This document shows positions 32,989-41,410 of a stretch of DNA of 64,000 bases, piece by piece. Under the pieces are notes generated by a model that was not told the DNA's origin, ran no database searches, and saw only the letters and a list, made by a program, of their open reading frames with translations. Origin of the DNA: Oscillospiraceae bacterium (lineage in GTDB: Bacteria > Bacillota > Clostridia > Oscillospirales > QAMX01); contig SVLW01000002.1 in NCBI GenBank assembly GCA_015067705.1, positions 46,955 to 110,954 of the forward strand, in the 5' to 3' direction. Every line of letters begins with the position of its first letter. Position 1 is the first letter of the stretch. Position numbers and translations under genes: made by a program.

Positions 32989-34782
32989 TTATTCGCTGAT
33001 GGGTTCAAAGTCTGCTGCACCGTGCTTGCAGAGCGGGCAGATGTAGTCATCGGGCAGGGTGTCGCCCTCATAGACATAGCCGCAGACCTTGCAGACATAG
33101 CCCTTCTTGCCCTCGGTCTGGGGCTTGGGCTTAACGTTGTTCTGGTAATAGGTGTAGGTCATGGTCTCGCGGTCAGAAATGACACGGGCCTCGGTGACGG
33201 TGCAGATGAACATGCCGTGGGTGTCCAGATCCACATACTGCTCCACCTTCAGAGAGAGGAAGGCGTTAATATACCGCGGCAGGAAAATGAGGCCGTTATC
33301 GGAACGCAGGGGTTCGCAGTCGGCGAACTTGTCCACGTTGCGGCCGCTCTGGAAGCCAAAGTGCTCAAAGACCTTGAAGGGCGCATCCACGGACAGGCAG
33401 TTGATATTCATGATGCCGGTCTGGCGGATGACGTGGTGAGAGTAGTTCTCCTTATTGATGGTCACAGCCACACGGTTGGGGGTGTTGGTGACCTGGGTGA
33501 CGGTGTTGACGATGAGGCCGTTATCCTTGCGGCCGTCGTGGGAGGTGATCACATAGAGGCCATAGCCAATGTTGAAGAGAGCGGTCATGTCGTTCTTGTT
33601 GGCGGTGGCGTCCTGTCTGGCCAGATACTCCTGGCACAGCTCCTCCACCATGCGATCCAGCTGTGCGCTGCTCTCTTCGTTCAGGGCAGAGAGGATGCGT
33701 ACGGTGGTATCGGTGAAGGTGAGGTTCTTACACTTCTCAAGCTCGCCCTTCATGACCTTGGCGGCAAGGGGCGCCCAGCTGCCGTTTTCGATGAGGGCCA
33801 CGGTGCGGTTGGAGTAATTGCGCTCCGTGAGGTGATCGATGAACTCCCGCATGAAGGGGAAGATCTCCGCGTTATAGGTGGTAGTGGCCAGAACAAGCTT
33901 GTTATAGCGGAAGGCGTCGGCCACGGCGGCGGCCATGTCACAGCGGGCCAGATCATACACCACGACCTTGGGGCAGCCGGTGGCCTTGATCTTCTCGGTC
34001 AGGATCTGCACTGCCTTGCGGGTGTTGCTGTAAATGGAGGTATAGGCGATGACGATGCCCTCTTCCTCCGGCAGATAGGAGGACCAGGTGTTATAGAGGT
34101 TCAGATAATAGCCCAGATTCTCCGTCAGCACCGGGCCGTGCAGCGGGCAGATGGTCTGGATATCCAGGCCGGCGGCCTTTTTCAGCAGCACCTGCACCTG
34201 TGCGCCGTACTTACCCACGATGCCGATATAGTAGCGGCGGGCTTCATCCGCCCAGGGCTCGTCCACGTCCAGCGCGCCGAACTTGCCGAAGCCGTCTGCG
34301 GAGAAGAGCACGCGGTCAAGGCTGTCATAAGTGACGATGACTTCCGGCCAGTGCACCATGGGTGCGGTCACAAAGGTCAGGGTGTGACGGCCAAGCTCCA
34401 GGGTGTCGCCGCCGCCGACCACCACCTGGCGGTCCGGGAAGTCCGTGCCGAAGAAATTTTTCATCATCTGGAAAGCCTTCTGGGAAGAAACGACCTTTGC
34501 CTCCGGATAGGCCTTCAGGAAGTTCACGATATTGGCGGAATGATCCGGCTCCATATGCTGGATCACCAGATAATCGGGCTTGCGGCTGCCCAGGGTGTTC
34601 TGGATATTGTCCAGCCATTCATGGGTGAAGTTCACGTCCACGGTGTCCATGATGGCGATCTTCTCGTCCATGATGGCGTAGGAATTATAGGAAATGCCGT
34701 TCGGCACCACATACTGGCCTTCAAAAAGGTCTACTTTATGGTCGTTGACGCCGATATACTTGATGTCATTCGTGATAAACAT
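32989..34782 (-). CDS. Multidomain flavodiiron protein: metallo-beta-lactamase-like diiron + flavodoxin + flavin-reductase-like + rubredoxin domains
   Basis: About 597 aa from SD GGAGG plus ATG 34782. Diiron motif HMEPDH, a flavodoxin segment IVIAYTSIYSNTRKA, a flavin-reductase-like block (YVITSHDGRKDNGLIVNTVTQV), and C-terminal CKVCGYVY...CPLCKH. Confidence 0.9.
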   Translation of the reverse strand: MFITNDIKYIGVNDHKVDLFEGQYVVPNGISYNSYAIMDEKIAIMDTVDVNFTHEWLDNIQNTLGSRKPDYLVIQHMEPDHSANIVNFLKAYPEAKVVSSQKAFQMMKNFFGTDFPDRQVVVGGGDTLELGRHTLTFVTAPMVHWPEVIVTYDSLDRVLFSADGFGKFGALDVDEPWADEARRYYIGIVGKYGAQVQVLLKKAAGLDIQTICPLHGPVLTENLGYYLNLYNTWSSYLPEEEGIVIAYTSIYSNTRKAVQILTEKIKATGCPKVVVYDLARCDMAAAVADAFRYNKLVLATTTYNAEIFPFMREFIDHLTERNYSNRTVALIENGSWAPLAAKVMKGELEKCKNLTFTDTTVRILSALNEESSAQLDRMVEELCQEYLARQDATANKNDMTALFNIGYGLYVITSHDGRKDNGLIVNTVTQVTNTPNRVAVTINKENYSHHVIRQTGIMNINCLSVDAPFKVFEHFGFQSGRNVDKFADCEPLRSDNGLIFLPRYINAFLSLKVEQYVDLDTHGMFICTVTEARVISDRETMTYTYYQNNVKPKPQTEGKKGYVCKVCGYVYEGDTLPDDYICPLCKHGAADFEPISE

Positions 34783-34812
34783 ATGTCGTCCTCCTGCTTG
34801 GATGATACCTAT

Positions 34813-34841
34813 ATTATAATCTTCTGGCACAGGGATTGCAA
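34813..34841 (-). promoter_or_regulatory. Sigma-A type promoter upstream of the FDP gene
   Basis: On the minus strand: TTGCAA (34841-34836), 17-nt spacer, TATAAT (34818-34813). Confidence 0.65.
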
Positions 34842-34845
34842 TTCT

Positions 34846-35538
34846 TTATTCCAGAATTCTTCCATCCGTCGAGATGGTCACCACCTGCCACGGGATGAAT
34901 TTCCCGCTTGCCTGCAGGGCGCGGCGCACCGCGTTCTCAAGACCGCCGCAGCAGGGCACCTCCATCCGCGCCACCTTTACGCTGCGGATGTTGTTCCCGG
35001 CGATGATGCGGGTGAGTTTTTCTGCATAGTCGTCCTCGTCCAGCTTGGGACAGCCGATGAGCGTGATGTGATTCCGCATGAAATCCTGATGGAAATTGCC
35101 ATAGGCATAGGCGGTACAGTCCGCCGCGATCAGGAGATTGGCGTTTTCATAATAGGGGGCGCGCAGGGGCGCCAGCTTGATCTGGCAGGGCCACTGCTGC
35201 AGCTGGCTTTCTACCGCGGCAGGAGCCGCCGCTGCGGCGCTCTCCCGGCGCATGGCGCGCGCCTGCATGCCGGGGCAGGCAAAGGGGATGGGCGCGGCCT
35301 TTTCAGCCTTGGCGGCCAGCACAGCGGCCTCGTCATAGGCGGGGGCCTCTCGCTCTTCAAAGGAAATAGCGCCAGTGGGGCAGGCGGGGAGACAATCGCC
35401 CAGCCCGTCGCAGTAATCCTCCCGGGTCAGGCGGGCCTTGCCGTCCACCATCTGAATGGCGCCCTCGTGACAGGCCGCCGCACACGCGCCGCAGCCGTTG
35501 CATTTGTCTTCGTCAATATGGATGATCTTTCGGATCAT
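34846..35538 (-). CDS. 2x[4Fe-4S] ferredoxin-domain protein with a Cys-containing C-terminal domain
   Basis: 230 aa. CNGCGACAAACHEGAI and CDGLGDCLPACPTGAI motifs, with ...PCCGG near the C-terminus. Confidence 0.8.
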   Translation of the reverse strand: MIRKIIHIDEDKCNGCGACAAACHEGAIQMVDGKARLTREDYCDGLGDCLPACPTGAISFEEREAPAYDEAAVLAAKAEKAAPIPFACPGMQARAMRRESAAAAAPAAVESQLQQWPCQIKLAPLRAPYYENANLLIAADCTAYAYGNFHQDFMRNHITLIGCPKLDEDDYAEKLTRIIAGNNIRSVKVARMEVPCCGGLENAVRRALQASGKFIPWQVVTISTDGRILE

Positions 35539-35559
35539 ATTTTTCCCCTCCCATGTTCC

Positions 35560-36597
35560 TCATCCGAAGCAGGACTCACAGCCTGCCGGTTCAATATTCC
35601 CGTTTCGATAGCATAATTCGTTTTTCGACACGCCCCGCGCTTCCCATTCCCGCAGGTTCTCCATGGTGGTCTCTGCGATGCTGTCCAGGGCTTCCTGCGT
35701 CAGGAAGGCCTGGTGGGACGTGACGATCACATTGGGCATGGAGATCAGTCTCGCCAGCGTGTCATCCTCCAGAATGTGTCCGGAGTTATCCTCAAAGAAG
35801 AGGTCGGATTCCTCCTCGTAGACGTCCAGACAGGCCGCGCCCACCTTGCGGGACTTGATCCCGGCCAGCAGCGCCTCCGCATCCACCAGCGCACCCCGGG
35901 AGGTGTTCAGAAGCACCACGCCGGTTTTGCACCGGTTCAGGGCGTCTTCGTCGATGATGTGATAGGTCTCGTCGGTGAGGGGGCAGTGGAGAGAAATGAT
36001 ATCGCTCTTTGCAAAGAGTTCGTCAAGCTCCACATAGCGGATGTTTTCGCCGTCCGCCAGTCCCTCCGCCGGGAATTTATCATAGGCCAGCACCTTCATG
36101 CCGAAGCCCCGGCAGATCTCGATGAACACCCGCCCGATGCGTCCCGTACCGATGACGCCCACGGTCTTGCCGTGAAGGTCGAATCCGGTGAGATTCTGCA
36201 GGGAGAAATTGAAGTCCCGGGAGCGGATATAGGCCTTGTGGATCCGGCGCACAGAAGTGAGCAGCAGGGCCATGGCGTGCTCCGCCACCGCATAGGGGGA
36301 ATAGGCGGGCACATGCATCACATGAAGTTTTCCATAGGCGTGCTTCATATCCACATGGTTAAAGCCGGCGCAGCGCAGCGCCAGCACGCGGACGCCCTCT
36401 TCATAGAGTTTATCGATTACCGCGGCATTCACGGTATCGTTGACAAAGACACACACCGCGTCAAAGCCGCGGGCCAGCTCGGCGGTGTCCTCATTTAACT
36501 TGGTATCATAATATTTGATCGTGACAGGGTACGCGTCGCTGACGCGCCGGAACGAATCCATGTCATAGGGTTTTGCGTCATAAAAAGCAATTTTCAA
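35560..36597 (-). CDS. ldhA: D-lactate / D-2-hydroxyacid dehydrogenase with a C-terminal Cys-rich tail
   Basis: 345 aa. MKIAFYDAKPYD N-terminus, GVIGTGRIG NAD motif, and a catalytic region ...NTSRG...TSHQAF. Extra tail CYRNGNIEPAGCESCFG. Confidence 0.85.
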   Translation of the reverse strand: MKIAFYDAKPYDMDSFRRVSDAYPVTIKYYDTKLNEDTAELARGFDAVCVFVNDTVNAAVIDKLYEEGVRVLALRCAGFNHVDMKHAYGKLHVMHVPAYSPYAVAEHAMALLLTSVRRIHKAYIRSRDFNFSLQNLTGFDLHGKTVGVIGTGRIGRVFIEICRGFGMKVLAYDKFPAEGLADGENIRYVELDELFAKSDIISLHCPLTDETYHIIDEDALNRCKTGVVLLNTSRGALVDAEALLAGIKSRKVGAACLDVYEEESDLFFEDNSGHILEDDTLARLISMPNVIVTSHQAFLTQEALDSIAETTMENLREWEARGVSKNELCYRNGNIEPAGCESCFG

Positions 36598-36610
36598 TTT
36601 GGGTTCCTCC

Positions 36611-36639
36611 TTGCTTTTGTGAGTACAGTATAGTATAAT
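36611..36639 (+). promoter_or_regulatory. Sigma-A type promoter for the Crp/Fnr regulator gene
   Basis: TTGCTT (36611-36616), 17-nt spacer, TATAAT (36634-36639). A minus-strand TATACT (36637-36632) overlaps it. Confidence 0.6.
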
Positions 36640-36653
36640 CTGGAGAGAAAGTA

Positions 36654-36669
36654 TGTTGAAAATTCAACA
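36654..36669. promoter_or_regulatory. Perfect 16-bp palindrome TGTTGAAAATTCAACA (FNR/CRP-type TTGA-N6-TCAA)
   Basis: Read directly. It lies in the divergent ldhA-like / crp-fnr intergenic region. Confidence 0.55.
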
Positions 36670-36682
36670 AAAGAGGGGTCGT

Positions 36683-37342
36683 ATGCAAAAATATTTTTCG
36701 GTACTGCGGAATTGTCCGCTGTTCCACGAGGTGGCGGATGCCGATCTGGGGGCGTTACTCTCCTGTCTTGATGTGCGGGAGGCGAGCTATCCCCGCCGCT
36801 CGGTGATTTTCGCGGAGGGGGACGAGGCCAGCGCCTTCGGCATTGTCCTGCGGGGCATGGTGCAGATGATCCGGACAGATTATTATGGCAATCGCAGCAT
36901 TGTTTCAAACGTAGGGGTCTCCGGGATTTTTGCCGAGGCCTTTGTCTGTGCCGAGGCGGAGCGGATCCCGGTGTCTGTGGTGGCGGTGGAGGATACGGAC
37001 GTGCTTTTGGTGGACTATCGCCGCATGATGCGCTCCTGCTCCAATGCCTGTGTGTTCCACCAGCAGATGATCTATAACCTCATGCGGGAGCTGGCGGAGA
37101 AAACCATCCGCTTCCATGAAAAACTGGAGATCACCGCCCATCGCTCCACCCGGGAAAAGCTTCTGGCCTATCTGCGCCAGCAGGCCAAGGCCGCTGGCAG
37201 CACCCATTTCGAGATCCCCTTTGACCGTCAGGAGCTGGCGGACTATCTGGAGGTGGAGCGAAGCGGCTTATCTGCCGAGATCAGCAAGCTCCGTCGGGAG
37301 GGCATCCTGGAAAGCGAACGAAAATCTTTTACCCTGTTATAA
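36683..37342 (+). CDS. Crp/Fnr family transcriptional regulator
   Basis: About 219 aa from SD AAGAGGGG plus ATG 36683. cNMP-binding-like N-terminus (LRNCPLFHEV...FAEGDEASAFGIVLRG) and a C-terminal HTH (TREKLLAYL...RQELADYLEVERSGLSAEISKLRREGIL). Confidence 0.85.
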   Translation: MQKYFSVLRNCPLFHEVADADLGALLSCLDVREASYPRRSVIFAEGDEASAFGIVLRGMVQMIRTDYYGNRSIVSNVGVSGIFAEAFVCAEAERIPVSVVAVEDTDVLLVDYRRMMRSCSNACVFHQQMIYNLMRELAEKTIRFHEKLEITAHRSTREKLLAYLRQQAKAAGSTHFEIPFDRQELADYLEVERSGLSAEISKLRREGILESERKSFTLL

Positions 37343-37347
37343 AGAGA

Positions 37348-37387
37348 CCCCTGCGATGGATTGAGACGATCCATCGCGGGGGTTATT
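37348..37387. terminator. Hairpin terminator between convergent genes
   Basis: CCCCTGCGATGGA / TCCATCGCGGGG stem. The U-tract is weak. Confidence 0.6.
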
Positions 37388-37397
37388 CTATACAGAC

Positions 37398-38801
37398 TTA
37401 TTTCACGGCCACGCGCTTCATCCACTTGCGGCTCTTCACGCGCCAGAGACAGAGCAGGCTCTTGATGGCCCAGTCCAGCTTCAGGGCGATATAGATCACA
37501 AAGGGACTGCAGCCCCAGACGAGACCGCACAGCGCGCCCAGCGGTACCGATACCACCCAGAGGAACACGGCGTCTACGCACATACAGAACTTGGTGTCGC
37601 CGCCGCCACGAAGAATGCCCTTGGTCAGGACGCTCTGCATGGCCTGGAACACCACCATGATGCACACCGCATACATGAGCTGATAGGCGGTCTGGCGGGT
37701 GACTTCCGTGATCTCGTACATGCCGATGATCCAGGGGGTCAGGGACAAGATGATGACGGCGGAGACCATGCCGATGAGCACACTGAGGGTCACCATGGTG
37801 ACGCCCTGGCGATAGGTCTTTTCCCGGTCGCCCACGCCCAGCGTGTTGCCGGTGATGGTGGCGGAGGCCTGGCCCAGGCCCTGGGTGAATACGGTGCTGA
37901 GACGCACGATGGTGGCAATGATGGCATTGGCCGCCACGAACTCCGTGCCGATATGGCCGATGATCACGGACACCATGGAGTTACCCAGCGCCAGCAGGGC
38001 ATCGGAACAGATGACCGGCAGGGAGAACTTGATATATCTGCTCACCACATCGCCGCAGGGCCGGAAGAAATCCCGGATGCGATAACCGATATCTTTTTCC
38101 ATAAAGAGGAAATAACCGCCGATAATGGCCATTTCCACGAATCGGGCGCATACGGTGCCCAATGCCGCACCGGCGATCTGCATCTCCGGAAAGCCCAGCT
38201 TACCGAAGATAAAGACATAGTTACAGCCGATGTTCACAAAGAAGGCGATGATGGAGGTATAAAGTGCGATCTTCACCTTGCGCAGAGACCGCAGGATCAA
38301 GGTCAGCGTCAGGGAAACGCCCATCATGAAGTAAGTGGGAAGACTCCACAGGAAATAGATCACGCCCTTGTCGATGACCGCCTGATCCGTGGTGAAGACC
38401 CGCATGATCTGCGCCGGGAAGAACGCCGTCAGCAGGGTAAAGACCGCCACCAGCGTCATGCAGATCCGCAGCATAATGGTGACTGACTTGCGGATGGATT
38501 CCCGATCTCCCGCGCCCCAATACTGGGCGGTGAGCACCGACGCGCCCGCGCCCATGCCCATGCAGAGAATGTGGAAGATGTTGATAAAATCGTTGGCCAG
38601 GGAGGAGCCGGAGAGCTGTACCTCGCCATAGTTACCCAGCATCACCGTATCCATGATATTGACGCCGATGGTGATCATGTTCTGTGCCACGATCGGCAGC
38701 GCCAGATAAAGAATCGTGCGGTAAAATTTGCGGTCCTTGACAAACAGACGGTCAATCAATGCGCTCAATGTTTCTTCGCATCCTTTCCAGATAGTGTTCA
38801 A
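37398..38801 (-). CDS. MATE family efflux transporter
   Basis: 467 aa with 12 predicted TM helices. LALPIVAQNMITIGVNIMDTVMLG is a typical MATE N-terminus. The TTG start is uncertain (it overlaps the marR 3' end by about 50 nt). Confidence 0.88.
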   Translation of the reverse strand: MNTIWKGCEETLSALIDRLFVKDRKFYRTILYLALPIVAQNMITIGVNIMDTVMLGNYGEVQLSGSSLANDFINIFHILCMGMGAGASVLTAQYWGAGDRESIRKSVTIMLRICMTLVAVFTLLTAFFPAQIMRVFTTDQAVIDKGVIYFLWSLPTYFMMGVSLTLTLILRSLRKVKIALYTSIIAFFVNIGCNYVFIFGKLGFPEMQIAGAALGTVCARFVEMAIIGGYFLFMEKDIGYRIRDFFRPCGDVVSRYIKFSLPVICSDALLALGNSMVSVIIGHIGTEFVAANAIIATIVRLSTVFTQGLGQASATITGNTLGVGDREKTYRQGVTMVTLSVLIGMVSAVIILSLTPWIIGMYEITEVTRQTAYQLMYAVCIMVVFQAMQSVLTKGILRGGGDTKFCMCVDAVFLWVVSVPLGALCGLVWGCSPFVIYIALKLDWAIKSLLCLWRVKSRKWMKRVAVK

Positions 38802-39204
38802 ACTGCCGCGCTTCCTCCGGACTGAAGCCGTCCAGAAGCTCGTGACTCAGGGTGACATCCAGTTCATCCAGAATGTCAAGCTGGGCGCGGCCCTTTTCGG
38901 TGAGATGTACGCCCAGGGCGCGCCGGTCGCCGGGAACGGCGCGGCGCTCGATGAGGCCGTCCCGCTCCATGACGTTCAGAAGACTTACGGTGGTGGCGGG
39001 CGTGATGCCGCACAGGCGGCTTAACTCCACCTGCATACAGCCATCATGACTCTGAAGGGTGCGCAGCACCTTGGGATGCCCGGACTTGATGCCCCGGCGG
39101 GCATACACTTCCCGGGTGAGACTCTGATGACGCAAAGCGAGCCCGATAAATTTTACCTGAAACATACGACAAAATGCCTCCATCCGACCACACGGCAGGG
39201 TCAT
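38752..39204 (-). CDS. MarR family transcriptional regulator
   Basis: 150 aa. Winged-helix segment QVELSRLCGITPATTVSLLNVMERDGLIERRAVPGDRRA. Confidence 0.85.
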   Translation of the reverse strand: MTLPCGRMEAFCRMFQVKFIGLALRHQSLTREVYARRGIKSGHPKVLRTLQSHDGCMQVELSRLCGITPATTVSLLNVMERDGLIERRAVPGDRRALGVHLTEKGRAQLDILDELDVTLSHELLDGFSPEEARQFEHYLERMRRNIERID

Positions 39205-39262
39205 ACTCTTTCATTAGATATCTTACTACCAGAAAGGGACTTCTGTCAAGCAAGGCGGCATA

Positions 39263-39295
39263 GAAAAAAAGCTCCCGCGGCGGATGCCGCGGGAG
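39263..39295 (-). terminator. Rho-independent terminator ending the GH10 array
   Basis: On the minus strand: GCTCCCGCGGC / GCCGCGGGAGC stem followed by TTTTTTT. Confidence 0.85.
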
Positions 39296-39308
39296 CAGGG
39301 AAAAATCC

Positions 39309-40310
39309 TTATTTCAGTGCTTCTTCGATGATGGTCTCGATAAAGGGCTTCGGATAGTGATCGGCGTAGAAGAGGAGCGGGTAATTGGTGCGTCCCTGCA
39401 CCGGCCAGTAATTCAGCCAGGTGTAGTCGTCCGCCACGCCCCAGGTGGTGACGTTGTCGATGACGTCGGAATACTCACGATAGACCCGGAAGAGATCGAT
39501 ATAGAGCTGTGCCTGACGCTCGAACATCTCGTCGGTGAGGATGGGAGCGGGCAGAGAGCGATCCTTGGGATCATAGAGGGAGATGTCAAGCTCCGTGACA
39601 TGGAGACGCAGACCAAATGCGGCATAGGCCTCGATGGCGCGCTTCACGTCGTCAATGTCCACGTTATAGATGGACATATGGCTCTGCATGCCAAAGCCCT
39701 CGATGGGAGCACCCTCGTCCTGCAGTTTCTGGATCAGCTTGCAGATCTTGTCGCGCTTCTCGGGTAGCCACTCGTTATAGTCGTTATAGAAGAGCTGTAC
39801 CTTGGGGGCGACCTTCTTGGCGATCTTGAAAGCGGTGGTGAGATAACCCTCGCCCATGATCTCCAGCCACTTGGTGTCGCGTAAAACAGGCTTTGCGGGA
39901 TCATCGTCGATGGCCTCGTTAATGACGTCCCAATACTGAACAAAGTCACCGTAACGGGCGCCAAAGACCTCAAACTGCTCGGTCAGACGCTCAAGAAGCA
40001 GCTCCGGACTGGCGTTATTGCCGTGGTCGTCCTGCCAGATCCAGGGATTCGTGCCGCCGTGCCACACCGGTGCGTGGGCGCGGAACACCATGCCGTTCTC
40101 TCTGGCAAAGGCCACCATCTGGTCGGCGGGCAGGAAGTTCCACTGATCCTTGGCAGGATGCAGGGGGCCGAACTTCATCTGGTTCTCGGGAGAGATGGAG
40201 TTAAAGTGGGTTTTCAGGAGCTTTGCATGAGCGGGGAACTCGGCGGGGGAAGTGGCGGCGCCGATCTTGAAGTATTTTTCATATGCTTTCGCAAGAGTCA
40301 TTTCACTCAT
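39309..40310 (-). CDS. GH10 endo-1,4-beta-xylanase, cytoplasmic type (array copy 1, most downstream)
   Basis: 333 aa. SPENQMKF, WDVINE (acid/base) and HVTELD (nucleophile). No signal peptide. SD GGGAGG. Confidence 0.9.
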   Translation of the reverse strand: MSEMTLAKAYEKYFKIGAATSPAEFPAHAKLLKTHFNSISPENQMKFGPLHPAKDQWNFLPADQMVAFARENGMVFRAHAPVWHGGTNPWIWQDDHGNNASPELLLERLTEQFEVFGARYGDFVQYWDVINEAIDDDPAKPVLRDTKWLEIMGEGYLTTAFKIAKKVAPKVQLFYNDYNEWLPEKRDKICKLIQKLQDEGAPIEGFGMQSHMSIYNVDIDDVKRAIEAYAAFGLRLHVTELDISLYDPKDRSLPAPILTDEMFERQAQLYIDLFRVYREYSDVIDNVTTWGVADDYTWLNYWPVQGRTNYPLLFYADHYPKPFIETIIEEALK

Positions 40311-40324
40311 TTTTTGTTCCTCCC

Positions 40325-41395
40325 TTATTTGACGGCGTCGATCATCTGGGCGACGCAGGGCTTGGGCTGGTGGTTCATATCGAAGAGCAGGGGATACTGC
40401 TTGATCTTCGGGGCATTGGGATCCGTGCCGAAGCGATCCAGCCAGGTGATGTCGTCGGCCACGCCCCAGGTGGTGACACAGTCGATGACGTCCTTGTACT
40501 GACGATAGATCTCGAAGAGCTTTTCATAGATCTCGCTGATGGCGTTGATCTGCTCGGGGGTGGGATTCAGTGCGGCCTTCAGATAGGCGTCATAGGCTGC
40601 GTCGCCGGGACGGATACGGTCGCCGGTGGGATTTAAGACTGCCATCAGGGAGACGTCCAGCTCCGTGACGTGGAGGCGCAGACCCAGACCGGCATAGGTC
40701 TCGATAGAGCGCTTCAGCTCGTCATAATTCGGGGCGAAGAAATAGTGCTGCTGCATACCAAAGCCATCCACGCGGCAGCCATCCTCCTGCAGCTTCCGAA
40801 TCAGCTTGACAATGCGCTCTCTCTTCTCGGGGAAGCACTCGTTATAATCGTTATAGAAGAGCTGTGCATCGGGGGAATACTTGTCCATGCTCTTGAAGGC
40901 GCGGGTGATGAACTCGCTGCCGCAGAGCTGGAAGTAGCGGCTGTTGCGATAGACGTCGCTTTCGCCGGAGCCCTCGGCGGGCGCATCGTCCCGGGTGGCT
41001 TCGTTCACCACGTCCCAGCAATAAACCACGTCGTTATACCGGGCGGCCATCATCTTGGTGTGCTCATCAATGCGCTGATAAATGAGCTCGGGATCGGCGT
41101 CCTGCTCGCCGTCTTGGTACATCCAGTCCGGGGTCTGGGTGTGCCAGACCGGGGCGTGGGCGCGCATCTTGATGCCCAGCTCTCTTGCCAGATTGGCAAT
41201 GCTGTCCGCCGGGGCAAAGTGGAATTCGCCGGGCAGAGGCTCTGCCGGCTCGTACTTCATCTGATTTTCACAGGTGAAGGAGTTGAACTGGGTTCTCAAA
41301 AGATCCTTGTGGATCTCAAGGCTGTTGGGGGAGAAGGCGGCGCCGATCTTAAAATAGGATTCATAGGCTTTCGCCAGGGAAAGAATCTCACTCAT
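40325..41395 (-). CDS. GH10 xylanase, cytoplasmic type (copy 2; carries an insertion of roughly 20-25 aa after the nucleophile strand)
   Basis: About 356 aa from SD GGAGG plus ATG 41395 (the ORF-track start 41410 includes the SD). TCENQMKY, WDVVNE and HVTELD motifs. Confidence 0.9.
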   Translation of the reverse strand: MSEILSLAKAYESYFKIGAAFSPNSLEIHKDLLRTQFNSFTCENQMKYEPAEPLPGEFHFAPADSIANLARELGIKMRAHAPVWHTQTPDWMYQDGEQDADPELIYQRIDEHTKMMAARYNDVVYCWDVVNEATRDDAPAEGSGESDVYRNSRYFQLCGSEFITRAFKSMDKYSPDAQLFYNDYNECFPEKRERIVKLIRKLQEDGCRVDGFGMQQHYFFAPNYDELKRSIETYAGLGLRLHVTELDVSLMAVLNPTGDRIRPGDAAYDAYLKAALNPTPEQINAISEIYEKLFEIYRQYKDVIDCVTTWGVADDITWLDRFGTDPNAPKIKQYPLLFDMNHQPKPCVAQMIDAVK

Positions 41396-41410
41396 CGTTA
41401 TATCCTCCAT

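Noticed and set aside
32617-35616. A 999-aa plus-strand ORF across the rubredoxin/FDP/ferredoxin operon, and an 841-aa plus-strand ORF (54211-56736) opposite the SLH gene
   Set aside because: Both are antisense to genes with clear domain signatures on the other strand (diiron, flavodoxin, rubredoxin, 4Fe-4S; SLH repeats plus signal peptide). Both are Gly/Asp/His/Val-rich nonsense sequence.
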